From an uncultured virus (IMG/VR IMGVR_UViG_3300007345_000031) (lineage: Duplodnaviria; Heunggongvirae; Uroviricota; Caudoviricetes), in IMG/VR virus record IMGVR_UViG_3300007345_000031: a stretch of 20,000 nt of DNA; one strand, given 5' to 3'. Positions 1 through 9,962 of the stretch are shown here, piece by piece (position 1 is the stretch's first letter; each line of letters begins with the position of its first letter). The notes beneath the pieces were generated by a model. That model saw only the letters and a program-made list of their open reading frames with translations, had not been told where the DNA came from and did not search any database. The translations under genes and the position numbers were made by a program.

Positions 1-31
1 AAAATTCTTTAAAATTTAGAAATTATACCAC

Positions 32-38
32 ATAAATA
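32..38 (+). promoter_or_regulatory. T4-like late promoter (gp55-type, ATAAATA) upstream of gp8
   Basis: cATAAATAactaaaaa ends 15 nt upstream of the ATG at 54 and matches the T4/cyanophage late consensus (T)ATAAATA. Confidence 0.75.
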
Positions 39-53
39 ACTAAAAACATAAAA

Positions 54-1604
54 ATGGCTGCAATTGTAACAGACAAGATTAGAATATTAAATGCGAAAAA
101 TTTTGTAGCAGGTATTTTGACTACTACAAATTCATACTATACTTTTGTGGGATTACCAAATCCCACATCTATTCAAAGTGACTGGAATGAAGACCCTCCA
201 TCTCCTGTAGATAATTTTGATAATGAGTCTGATATTTGGGATACGGCAATAGCACTTAAAAAGATAACAACGAATGATGTCAGACAAGTTGTCAATAAAA
301 ATACTTGGGAATCTGGAACGACTTACGATTACTATCGTCCAGATTATAGTGCTTCAAACCCACCAAAAAATTCAAATGGAACATCTTTATACACAGCAAA
401 TTATTACGTAATTAATAGTGATAATCGTGTTTATATTTGTCTTCAGAATGGAACTGCACCAGAAACTCCTGATGGAAAACCATCACTAGATGAACCACAA
501 TTTGTGGATTTAGAACCTAGATCCGCAGGCACTAGTGGAGATGGTTATATATGGAAATATCTTTATACTATAAAACCATCAGAATTAATTAAGTTTGATT
601 CTACAAGTTATATGCCAGTCCCATTAAACTGGCAAACTGATAGTGAGCATGATGCAGTGAGAAATAATGCTGTTGATGGGAGTATTAAAGTTGTCGTAAT
701 TCAAAATAGAGGTGTAGGAGTAGGCACTGCAAATAGAACTTATCGTAGAGTTCCAATTAAGGGAGATGGTTCAGGTGCTGAATGTACTGTTACTGTAAAT
801 AATGATCAAGAAATAGAAAGTGTAACTATTTCTAATCAAGGTTCTGGATATACTTTTGGAAATGTTGATTTAAAGTCTGGAGGAGTTCCTGATGCTTCAA
901 CAATACCAGTTTTAGATGTAGTAGCAACTCCTGCTGGAGGTCATGGTTATGATATCTACAATGAGCTTGGTGCATCTAATGTGCTTTTATACACTAGAAT
1001 AGAAAATGATTTGGAAAATCCAGATTTCATTACAGGAAATGAAATATCTAGAATAGGTGTTGTTGAAAATCCACTTTCATTTGGTTCAAATCAACTATTG
1101 AATTCAGATAAGGCAAGTGCCGTTTATGCAATTCGTTTAACTGGTATTGGTTATAGTTCGGCAGTTTTTACTGCAGATTCTACTATAACTCAAACTGTTG
1201 GAACCGGAGTTACTGCTGCTGGAAAAGTTATTAATTACGATAAAGAAACTGGGGTGCTAAAGTATTGGCAGGATAGAACATTAGCTGGGTTTAACACGGT
1301 TGGAACTTCCCAAACTAATCCACAATATGGATATAACCTAACAAGATTCACGGCATCTCCAACTTCTGGAGGAAGTTTTTTGATTAATGGTGGAAGTGTA
1401 ACTTTATCAATTAGTACCTCTTTTAGTGGTTTCTCGACCACAATAAATAATAGAACATATTTCCTTGGGCAATCTTTCGAAAATGGATTATCAAATCCAG
1501 AAGTAAAAAAACATTCTGGAAATATTATCTACATCGATAACAGACCCGCTATAACAAGATCTTCAAATCAAAAAGAAGATGTCAAGATTATTTTGCAATT
1601 CTAA
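54..1604 (+). CDS. gp8: Baseplate wedge subunit, T4 gp8-like (extended cyanophage form), 516 aa
   Basis: Begins MAAIVTDKIRILNAKNFV. Carries gp8-type motifs W..GTTYDYYR, YYVINSDNRVYICLQNG and DGYIWKYLYTI, and ends SGNIIYIDNRPAITRSSNQKEDVKIILQF. Lies upstream of the VrlC-like and neck genes. Confidence 0.9.
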   Translation: MAAIVTDKIRILNAKNFVAGILTTTNSYYTFVGLPNPTSIQSDWNEDPPSPVDNFDNESDIWDTAIALKKITTNDVRQVVNKNTWESGTTYDYYRPDYSASNPPKNSNGTSLYTANYYVINSDNRVYICLQNGTAPETPDGKPSLDEPQFVDLEPRSAGTSGDGYIWKYLYTIKPSELIKFDSTSYMPVPLNWQTDSEHDAVRNNAVDGSIKVVVIQNRGVGVGTANRTYRRVPIKGDGSGAECTVTVNNDQEIESVTISNQGSGYTFGNVDLKSGGVPDASTIPVLDVVATPAGGHGYDIYNELGASNVLLYTRIENDLENPDFITGNEISRIGVVENPLSFGSNQLLNSDKASAVYAIRLTGIGYSSAVFTADSTITQTVGTGVTAAGKVINYDKETGVLKYWQDRTLAGFNTVGTSQTNPQYGYNLTRFTASPTSGGSFLINGGSVTLSISTSFSGFSTTINNRTYFLGQSFENGLSNPEVKKHSGNIIYIDNRPAITRSSNQKEDVKIILQF

Positions 1605-1619
1605 TATCCAATAACTCCC

Positions 1620-4600
1620 ATGGCTCAACAAACAAATTTAAATGTTTCTCCATATTTTGACGATTTTGATGCTGACAAGAATTATCATAAAATTCTGTTT
1701 AAACCGGGATATCCTGTTCAAGCCAGAGAGTTAACAGGTGTTCAATCCATAATACAAAATCAAATTGATAGATTTGGGCAACATGTGTTTAAAGATGGTG
1801 CCAAAGTTATTCCCGGAAATTGGTCTTACTACTCAAACTATCCTGGAATTAGAATAAACAATACTCATCTTGGTGTTCCAGTATCACTATATACTGATCA
1901 ATTGGTTGGTAAAAGAATTATTGGTCAAACTTCAGGAATTACAGCTATAGTTGATTATGTATTACCTCCAGAACTATCTAGTACTGGAGATACTGTTTTA
2001 TATGTTCAATATGCATCATCATCTGCAACCGATAAAGAAAGTGATACTTTTTTGGATGGAGAATTTTTAAATTTACAATCAGATGTTATCACGACAGAGT
2101 TAAATGATAATTTTATACCTCAAGGAGAGTCATTTGCATCAACAATATCGTCAAACTCTAATATCACAGGTTCATCATTTTCAATAAATGATGGTGTTTA
2201 TTTTATTAGAGGATATTTTGTAGATGTACAATCTGAAAGAATTTTGTTGGCAGAAAATAATGCTGATGTTGAAAGATTTAATGTAAGAATTGGATTTAGA
2301 ATACTCGAAGAAATTGTAACTTCTGATTTTGATGAATCTTTAACAGACAATGCTAAAGGATTTAATAATTATGCAGCACCAGGAGCAGATAGATTTAAAT
2401 TATCAGTGTCTCTTGCATATAAATCATTAACCGATTCCAATGATGCAGATTTTGTAGAATTAGCTAGAGTTGAAAACGATACTCTTCAAGAGATACAAAA
2501 ATATACTGAGTATGATCATCTTGCTGACGAATTTGCTAGAAGAACATTTGAAGAATCTGGCGATTATTTTGTAAAAGATTTTGATATAAGTGTTTTAGAA
2601 TCATTAAATAATGGTAACAATGGTGGTATTTTTTATGATGGAGAAACAACATATTCTGGTGGAACGCCAAATCCGAGCACTGCAATATACAAAATTTCTC
2701 CTGGATGTGCTTATGTTAGAGGATACAGAATTGATAGAACTTCTCCAACATATTTGGATATTGCAAAACCAAGAACTACAAAAGAATTAACAGGTCAAAG
2801 TATAGAATATAATACTGGAGCAACTTTTAAACTGAATAGAGTTAAAGGTGCTCCCACGATTGGAATTGGAAATACTTATATTGTAAGTTTAAGAGATCAA
2901 CGTATAGATCCAAGAGCTGCTGGTTTGGGAACAGATCCTGTTTTGCCGAATAAAGAAATTGGTATTGCTAGAGTATATGATTTTGCATTGGAAGGTGGTT
3001 CTTATGATACTACTGATGGGGACATAAATCAATGGGATATTACATTATATGATATTCAAACGTTTACTGATATTAAATTAAATGAGCCAATAACTCTTAG
3101 TGTTCCTACCCATATTAAAGGAAAATATTCTGGAGCAACAGGATTTTTAAGAAGTCCTGTAAGTGCAGGAACAGCGATGACTGTATATGACACAAAGGGT
3201 GATTTTGTTTTAAATGAACCATTCATATTTGATGGTGTAGAAAATAGTAGAATTGGTGTGGGTCTCACAATTCACAAACTATCTGATGCAAAATCGATTA
3301 TTGGTGGAGCAGGTTTATTAGGGGATGTTGGTTCTGGAGTTTCATTTACTGCAGATATTATGCTTTCCAGAATTGGTTATAATATTGGTCTTGGAACTAT
3401 TACTTCTTCCAGCATCAGCAATAGCGTGACGAGCTATCATCTTTTCGGTACTTTAGATCCTGACGGAAATCCTGGAGTATCTACATTTATTGCCGAAAAT
3501 ATGAACGGACTTCTCAATAATGTGGAAGTTAATGATATTATCAGGTATACCACAACGGGTTCAAATGGTGGTTCTGATGTGCCTGATGGTGGAAGAACCT
3601 GGTATAATAGAGTTGTCAAGATTGTAAGGACCGAAGAAGACACGGAAACTGCACCATCACCTGGATTAGCAGGTATGGGAAGTTTTGGAAGATATGGACA
3701 ACACTTACTAGTAACTCCAATTCCGAATATTCCTGGTAGAGTAGAAGCTACTGGTCCAACTGTAAATAATATTGCCAGTGGTAGAAATCCGTACGGATTT
3801 GTAGGTCACTCTGGTAGAATACTTGGTGGAACTAATGCAACCTGGAATGTACAAGATGCAGTTATCTTAAAATCCCCCCTAATCAGTTCCACTAACAATA
3901 CTTTATATACAAAAATACCAAAAAATAATATTTCCGATGTAACTTTAGATGATGCACAACTGGTTATTAGAAAAACATTTGATGTAACAATTGCTGATAA
4001 CCAGTTGTCATCTGCATTGGTAGCAGGTGACAATGAAACATTTGAACCTTTTGATGAAGAAGATTATATTTTAATTCGCACTGATGGTGATGATGGGGGA
4101 ACAGAGGTTCTTACGGAAGATAAATTTGAGATAACTTCAGGCGGAAAATCTTTACAAATAAGAAATTTAAGTGACACTGGTGGTGCAGCAAAATTAATAG
4201 CAACTCTTCGTAAAGTAAAACCAACTTCAAAAATAAAAATAAAGAACAAAATTAATACTATTGTAATTGATAAATCAAATGATGTTGGTTCTGGAGCAGG
4301 GTCAACTACTCTCAATGATGGTTTAACATATGGAAATTATCCGTTTGGTACAAAAGTTCAAGATGAATCAATATCTTTAAATGTACCAGATGTTGTGGAA
4401 GTTCTGGGAATTTTTGAATCAAAAGATACCTCAGCTCCATCGGCACCAAAATTAACATTGAATGCACTAACCGGTCCTTCTGGAACAACGGACGATTTAA
4501 TAATTGGTGAAAAGGTATTTGGTCAAACATCCAAAGCAGTTGCTATTGTTGCATCAAAATTATCATCAAATCAAATAGAATGTTTATTTAAAACAGATGT

Positions 4601-7600
4601 CAAATTTGAAATTGGAGAGGTTTTACGATTCCAAGAATCGTCTGTTCGTGCTCTTCCGTCAGCATTAGATGAAACAAGTAAAAATATATCATCACATTAT
4701 CTTTATAATAGTGGACAAACTGGTTCGATCTATAATTATTCTTCCATAAAAAGAAAACCAGGTTTTGAAAAACCAAAGAAACAAATAAAAGTATATTTTT
4801 CAAATTTATATTTTAGTTCATCGGATGATGGCGATATTGTAACTGCAAGATCATATAGCACTGGAATAGATTATGCTAAAGATATTAGAACGGTTAATGG
4901 AATAAGAAACACTGATATTATTGACATTAGACCAAGGGTTTCTACTTATGGTGTTGAAGTTGATAAGAGGTCTCCTCTAGAATTTTTTGGTAGAACTTTT
5001 AATCAAAGTGGAAATTCTGCTGCAAATATTTTAGCCTCAGATAAATCAATACTTATTGATTATACATTTTATCTTGGAAGAATTGATAGGATTTATCTTT
5101 CAAAAACGGGAGCTATTACAGTTCAAAAAGGAGATCCATCAGAACATCCCAAAAAACCAGTTTCAATTGATGAAGCTTTAGAGTTAGGATTTATAAATCT
5201 TCCACCATATCTATATTCTTCTAGACAAGCAAAAGTTTCATTTTTAGAACATAAGAGATATAGAATGAAGGATATCTCTAAATTGGAAAATAGAATTAAA
5301 AATTTAGAATATTATACTTCTTTATCATTACTGGAAACGAATACTGAAAATCTATTTGTACCAGATGATGAAGGATTGAATAAATTTAAATCTGGATTTT
5401 TTGTTGATAACTTCAAGACAAATCTCAATCAAGAGGGCAGTATTCCTCTTAAAAATAGTATTGATATTGGAAATAGTGAATTGCGCCCAAGACATTATAC
5501 AAATTCTGTAGATTTAGAAATAGGACCTGTTGATGGAGTTTCTCCTGATACTGATGCTAGATGGAGTATTCCCGAAGGTACTAATATTGCAAGAAGTGCA
5601 AATAATTTATTAACATTGTCTTATAATGAATTACTCTGGAAAACACAACCATTTGGTACAAGAGAAGAAAGTGTAACCCCATATTTGATAGATGTATGGT
5701 ATGGTAGATTAACTCTAGACCCATCATCAGATACCTGGGTAGATACTGTAAGAATAGATGCAAAAGTAATTCAAGTTGAAGGAAATTATAATGATACGAT
5801 TGCCATTCTTGGTGCAGATCCACAAACTGGGTTAGGGCCAATAATTTGGGATGCTCCAGAGACTGTTTGGACTGGCACGAGGACCAATTCATTCTCTGTT
5901 CAAAGAACCGAAGTTGGTAATTTTTCAATTGATACAGACCTTGAAACTAATATTAACACATCGCAAGATGCACTTAGAGCAGGTCAAACAACTACGGTGA
6001 ATGGAAGTGTTTCTAGTACATTTGAGGTAGAACTATCAGGTACGGAAACAGTATTTGAAGATACTATTACAGAGACGTTCAATACAGGTACAGAAACAAG
6101 GAATGGTGTAAGGGCTCTTATTACTGAAAGATATGATCAAGAATCTCAAGGAGATAAAGTTGTAAGTAGAGAGTTAATCACTTTCATGAGGAGACGCAAT
6201 ATTACTTTTATTGGTTCTCAATTGAAACCACAGACTAAACTCTATGCGTATTTTGATGGCGTTAAAGTTGATAAGTATGTTACTCCAAAACTTTTACAAG
6301 TTGAAATGATTTCGGGGGTATTTCAAGTTGGAGAAACTGTTGCAACTGATATAGTTCCTGGTACATATACAAATCCTTATATAAAATTTAGACTTGCAAG
6401 ACCTGATCATAAAGAAGGTCCTTTCAATGATCCATCTAGGACATATACTTCAAATCCATATACTACTGTTGTTTCTACATCAACTGAAAGTTATTACGAC
6501 TTAGCAGCTAGATCTGAACTTAATGCCATTCCATCTTCATACTCATCAACTTCAGATATATTAAATATTGACCTATTATCTTTATCAAGTCGTGGTAATG
6601 GATTCTTTGGTTATGCTTCAGTTGGAATGATATTGAAGGGTCAAACTAGTGGTGCCATTGCTCGTGTAACAGCTAAAGATTTAATAACTGATATTGCTTC
6701 TACAATATATGGAGATTTACGTATTCCAAATCCAAATTTTGCATCTAATTTGAAATTTGAAACTGGCAGTAAAGTTTTAACTTTAACTGATAATCCAAAT
6801 TCTTTCAGCTCATTTAATAAAACAAGTGCTCAAGCAGAATTTGTATCTTCTGGTACATTAGAAACGGTTCAAGAAGAAATTATCAGTACAAGAAATGCTC
6901 AAGTTCGATATCAAGAACTTCAAACTTCACGCACAGTTGAGGAATTTGTAGGATCTGACGTTGTGACAGAAGTTGTAAGCACTACAAACTTTACAGATAA
7001 TGGTTCAACTACTTCAAATGACACTTTTAGTCTTCAGATACCTCCAGGTGCACAAGGTGCCACAGGTGCACAAGGTGCCACAGGTGCCACAGGTGCACAA
7101 GGTGCACGAGGTGGAACAGGTGGTGGCGGCCGTGCTTTCTGGAATAATTTCGATCCTAGAACCCAGACTGGGTTCCACAACGTGCCGGTGCGGTGGAACA
7201 ACGGCGGTGGTGGTGGTGGTGACCCCATCGCACAAACTTTCTTATGTGAAGAACCTAGTGGACTGTTCTTAACTTCTTTAGATGTCTTTTTCTCTCAAGT
7301 TGATCCTGATGGAATCCCTGTAATTTTTCAATTAAGAAATGTTGTCAACGGATATCCAGAATCTAATGTGTTTATACCAGGTTCTGAAGTATATATCGAA
7401 CCATCAGAGATTCAGGTTTCACCAGATGGATCTATTCCCACAAGAATTAATTTGCCAGGTCCAGTTTATTTGAGTCCGGGAAAAGAATACGCTTTAATAT
7501 TAATGTCAGCATCTACATCATATAAAGTTTTAATATCTAGAGTTAAAGAAAATGATTTAATAACTGATGAATTTGTTAGCACTCAACCTACATTAGGATC

Positions 7601-9728
7601 ACTATTCAAGTCACAAAATTCCACTGCATGGGAATCAAGTCAGTGGGAGGATCTCAAGTTCAATTTATATGTTGCCAATTTTGCCACTAGTGGAACGGTT
7701 GAATTCTATAACCCAATCCTCTCTGATGCTGATGGCTATGTTCCTACGTTAATGAAAGATTCTGTGGTTGTAAATTCTAGGCAAGTACGAATTGGAATTG
7801 GATCAACTTTACAAGATGACAATATCCGCATAGGAAATACGGTAACGCAGGATGGAACTAGTGCTTCAGGAAATTTAAAAGGATTTGCTGGCTCTATAGA
7901 CGGAGCATTTTCTATTGTCAATAGTGGAATTGGTTATACTCCCAATTCCGGATCTTTTACATTTACTGGTGTTGCAGTAACTGCTGTTACTGGATTTGGA
8001 AGAGATGCCACAGCAGAAATTACCGTTACTGATGGTGTAATCTCTTCAGCAACTGTAACAACAGGTGTTGAGGGAACAGGATATCAAGTCGGTGATGTTC
8101 TAGCTGTTCCAAAACTTGGAAATGAAAATGTTGGAGAAGTTGGAGCTAATGGAAGACTTTCAGTCGTTTCTATTGCTGCTACAAATATGCTAATCCTTGA
8201 TGATGTTCAGGGAGATTTCCAAACTGGAAGTTTTAATTCAGGAATTTCATCTGTTCGATATGATACCATTAAAGATGGTGTAGGACTTTCTACAACATTA
8301 AATGGTGCAAATGATGTTGGTGGTGGTGTATACATCGATAATATTATTACGGTCAGTGATGGTTTGCATCTTAAAATAAACCATAAAAATCATGGTATGC
8401 ACCATGAAATTAATAGAGTTGCTTTAAATAATGTAATTTCTGATGTGTCTCCAACAAAATTAAGTGCAGCGTATTCATCTTCTTCAACCGATTCTATTTC
8501 AATTGATGATAGTTCACAATTTGGAACATTTGAGAATGTTTCAGTTGCATCATCTATGCCAGGTTATGCTAGGATACAAAATGAAATTATTTCGTATACT
8601 GGAGTTTCTGCAGGTCAACTTACTGGTATTACTAGAGGAGATTTGCCTGGAGATTATCCCTTAGGAACACCAGTTGAAAAGTATGAATTTCATGGAGTTT
8701 CTTTGAGAAGGATAAACAAAACACATTTACTTAGTGATGTGGATAAAACAATTATACCCAAACCCATTACATTTGATAGTTATCATGTAAAACTTGATAT
8801 GGGAATTGATGGAACCGATAGAAACACCAATGAAAACAGCTATCCAAAACTTTATCTCACAGAAACTTCTAGTGATGGTGGACTTATAACTAATGCATCA
8901 CAAAATATGCCTTTTGAAATTATTAAACCAATGGTCCAAAATATTTCTGTGAGTGGAGCATCAATTAAAGCTTCAATTAGAACAGTCTCTGGAACAAATC
9001 TTAATGATGGATCTGGAACTGGATCTGATCTTCCTTTTGTAGTTCAACCAAGAGTTCCTGTTACAATAAATGAAGTAAATTATCTCGATAATACCAGTAT
9101 TATTTGTTCTAGAAATAATGAACTTGAAAATGCATCAATTTCTCAACTTCCAGGAGCAAGATCATTCAATCTTCAATTACAGTTAAATACTAATAATCAA
9201 TTAGTATCTCCTGTTATTGATCTTGAAAGGATAAATGTTGTGTTAACCTCTAATAGAATTGATTCGCAAATTTCTGATTTTAATACTGATAATAGAGTGA
9301 ATACTTTATTAGAAGATCCATCTTCTTTCTCTTACATCACAAAAGAACTTCAACTAAAAAATTCATCAACTTCCATTCAAGTTCTTCTCGATGCACACCT
9401 CAATGTGTTCTCGGATTTAAGAGTGTTTTATGCTATCAGTGATAAATCTAATTTTGAACCAATATTCATTCCCTTCCCAGGATATGATAATCTTGATCCA
9501 CAAGGAAATATAATATCTTCACAAAATAATAGTGGTAGACCAGACAGCCGTGTTTCACCATCATCATATGGTTCATTTGAATCTCTTGATTTGGCCTTCA
9601 AGGAGCATAAATTTAGTGTTTCTAATTTGCCATCATTCAGATTCTATAGAATAAAACTGGTGGCAGCATCATCCAATCAGGTGTATGTCCCCAGAATTCG
9701 TAACCTAAGAACCATTTGTTTTGCATAA
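1620..9728 (+). CDS. Large virion/baseplate-associated structural protein, VrlC-like (DUF4815-type), 2702 aa
   Basis: Begins TNLNVSPYFDDFD...KILFKPGYPVQARELT. Also has GVYFIRGYFV, NYAAPGADRFK, LEYYTSLSLLE, FKSGFFVDNF, DPIAQTF, GSLFKSQN..W...Q.EDLKF and C-terminal PRIRNLRTI. Sits between g8 and g13 as in cyanomyophages. Confidence 0.85.
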   Translation: MAQQTNLNVSPYFDDFDADKNYHKILFKPGYPVQARELTGVQSIIQNQIDRFGQHVFKDGAKVIPGNWSYYSNYPGIRINNTHLGVPVSLYTDQLVGKRIIGQTSGITAIVDYVLPPELSSTGDTVLYVQYASSSATDKESDTFLDGEFLNLQSDVITTELNDNFIPQGESFASTISSNSNITGSSFSINDGVYFIRGYFVDVQSERILLAENNADVERFNVRIGFRILEEIVTSDFDESLTDNAKGFNNYAAPGADRFKLSVSLAYKSLTDSNDADFVELARVENDTLQEIQKYTEYDHLADEFARRTFEESGDYFVKDFDISVLESLNNGNNGGIFYDGETTYSGGTPNPSTAIYKISPGCAYVRGYRIDRTSPTYLDIAKPRTTKELTGQSIEYNTGATFKLNRVKGAPTIGIGNTYIVSLRDQRIDPRAAGLGTDPVLPNKEIGIARVYDFALEGGSYDTTDGDINQWDITLYDIQTFTDIKLNEPITLSVPTHIKGKYSGATGFLRSPVSAGTAMTVYDTKGDFVLNEPFIFDGVENSRIGVGLTIHKLSDAKSIIGGAGLLGDVGSGVSFTADIMLSRIGYNIGLGTITSSSISNSVTSYHLFGTLDPDGNPGVSTFIAENMNGLLNNVEVNDIIRYTTTGSNGGSDVPDGGRTWYNRVVKIVRTEEDTETAPSPGLAGMGSFGRYGQHLLVTPIPNIPGRVEATGPTVNNIASGRNPYGFVGHSGRILGGTNATWNVQDAVILKSPLISSTNNTLYTKIPKNNISDVTLDDAQLVIRKTFDVTIADNQLSSALVAGDNETFEPFDEEDYILIRTDGDDGGTEVLTEDKFEITSGGKSLQIRNLSDTGGAAKLIATLRKVKPTSKIKIKNKINTIVIDKSNDVGSGAGSTTLNDGLTYGNYPFGTKVQDESISLNVPDVVEVLGIFESKDTSAPSAPKLTLNALTGPSGTTDDLIIGEKVFGQTSKAVAIVASKLSSNQIECLFKTDVKFEIGEVLRFQESSVRALPSALDETSKNISSHYLYNSGQTGSIYNYSSIKRKPGFEKPKKQIKVYFSNLYFSSSDDGDIVTARSYSTGIDYAKDIRTVNGIRNTDIIDIRPRVSTYGVEVDKRSPLEFFGRTFNQSGNSAANILASDKSILIDYTFYLGRIDRIYLSKTGAITVQKGDPSEHPKKPVSIDEALELGFINLPPYLYSSRQAKVSFLEHKRYRMKDISKLENRIKNLEYYTSLSLLETNTENLFVPDDEGLNKFKSGFFVDNFKTNLNQEGSIPLKNSIDIGNSELRPRHYTNSVDLEIGPVDGVSPDTDARWSIPEGTNIARSANNLLTLSYNELLWKTQPFGTREESVTPYLIDVWYGRLTLDPSSDTWVDTVRIDAKVIQVEGNYNDTIAILGADPQTGLGPIIWDAPETVWTGTRTNSFSVQRTEVGNFSIDTDLETNINTSQDALRAGQTTTVNGSVSSTFEVELSGTETVFEDTITETFNTGTETRNGVRALITERYDQESQGDKVVSRELITFMRRRNITFIGSQLKPQTKLYAYFDGVKVDKYVTPKLLQVEMISGVFQVGETVATDIVPGTYTNPYIKFRLARPDHKEGPFNDPSRTYTSNPYTTVVSTSTESYYDLAARSELNAIPSSYSSTSDILNIDLLSLSSRGNGFFGYASVGMILKGQTSGAIARVTAKDLITDIASTIYGDLRIPNPNFASNLKFETGSKVLTLTDNPNSFSSFNKTSAQAEFVSSGTLETVQEEIISTRNAQVRYQELQTSRTVEEFVGSDVVTEVVSTTNFTDNGSTTSNDTFSLQIPPGAQGATGAQGATGATGAQGARGGTGGGGRAFWNNFDPRTQTGFHNVPVRWNNGGGGGGDPIAQTFLCEEPSGLFLTSLDVFFSQVDPDGIPVIFQLRNVVNGYPESNVFIPGSEVYIEPSEIQVSPDGSIPTRINLPGPVYLSPGKEYALILMSASTSYKVLISRVKENDLITDEFVSTQPTLGSLFKSQNSTAWESSQWEDLKFNLYVANFATSGTVEFYNPILSDADGYVPTLMKDSVVVNSRQVRIGIGSTLQDDNIRIGNTVTQDGTSASGNLKGFAGSIDGAFSIVNSGIGYTPNSGSFTFTGVAVTAVTGFGRDATAEITVTDGVISSATVTTGVEGTGYQVGDVLAVPKLGNENVGEVGANGRLSVVSIAATNMLILDDVQGDFQTGSFNSGISSVRYDTIKDGVGLSTTLNGANDVGGGVYIDNIITVSDGLHLKINHKNHGMHHEINRVALNNVISDVSPTKLSAAYSSSSTDSISIDDSSQFGTFENVSVASSMPGYARIQNEIISYTGVSAGQLTGITRGDLPGDYPLGTPVEKYEFHGVSLRRINKTHLLSDVDKTIIPKPITFDSYHVKLDMGIDGTDRNTNENSYPKLYLTETSSDGGLITNASQNMPFEIIKPMVQNISVSGASIKASIRTVSGTNLNDGSGTGSDLPFVVQPRVPVTINEVNYLDNTSIICSRNNELENASISQLPGARSFNLQLQLNTNNQLVSPVIDLERINVVLTSNRIDSQISDFNTDNRVNTLLEDPSSFSYITKELQLKNSSTSIQVLLDAHLNVFSDLRVFYAISDKSNFEPIFIPFPGYDNLDPQGNIISSQNNSGRPDSRVSPSSYGSFESLDLAFKEHKFSVSNLPSFRFYRIKLVAASSNQVYVPRIRNLRTICFA
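7047..7127 (+). repeat. Short 9-bp-unit collagen-like (Gly-X-Y) repeat inside the VrlC-like gene
   Basis: ggtgcacaa/ggtgccaca units encode [27 protein letters not shown]. Confidence 0.9.
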
Positions 9729-9734
9729 AGTATT

Positions 9735-9962
9735 ATGAGCGATTTAATTAAGGTGGAGGGTCATGCAAATTTGAGACGTGACCCTCATACAAATTCAATT
9801 ATCAATACAGATAAATCTGGATATGATCAGTATATTGCACGTCGCAATAAAAAAAACGAAGAAAAACAAAAATCCTTGCAAATGGAGGAAGAAGTTGCTA
9901 ATATGAAAAAAGATCTAGATGAAATTAAAACCTTACTAAGGAGATTAACTAATGGATCCTGA
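9735..9962 (+). CDS. Conserved small hypothetical protein with C-terminal coiled coil, 75 aa
   Basis: Starts 6 nt after the VrlC-like stop. IKVEGH.NL.RD..T..IIN.D...Y..Y followed by heptad-like EVANMKKDLDEIKTLLRRL; the kind of small gene usually found after VrlC-like genes in T4-like phages. Confidence 0.8.
   Translation: MSDLIKVEGHANLRRDPHTNSIINTDKSGYDQYIARRNKKNEEKQKSLQMEEEVANMKKDLDEIKTLLRRLTNGS

Noticed and set aside
1443..1449. ATAAATA inside gp8, about 170 nt upstream of the VrlC-like start
   Set aside because: It falls in coding sequence (Ile-Asn-Asn), far from the next start, and is expected by chance in AT-rich DNA. It cannot be called a promoter without TSS data.
1235..8664. Short 60-115 aa ORFs antisense or out of frame within gp8 and the VrlC-like gene, including those at 7000-7272
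   Set aside because: They lie wholly inside well-supported genes and have no recognisable motifs. Those near 7000-7270 arise from the GC-rich repeat patch.
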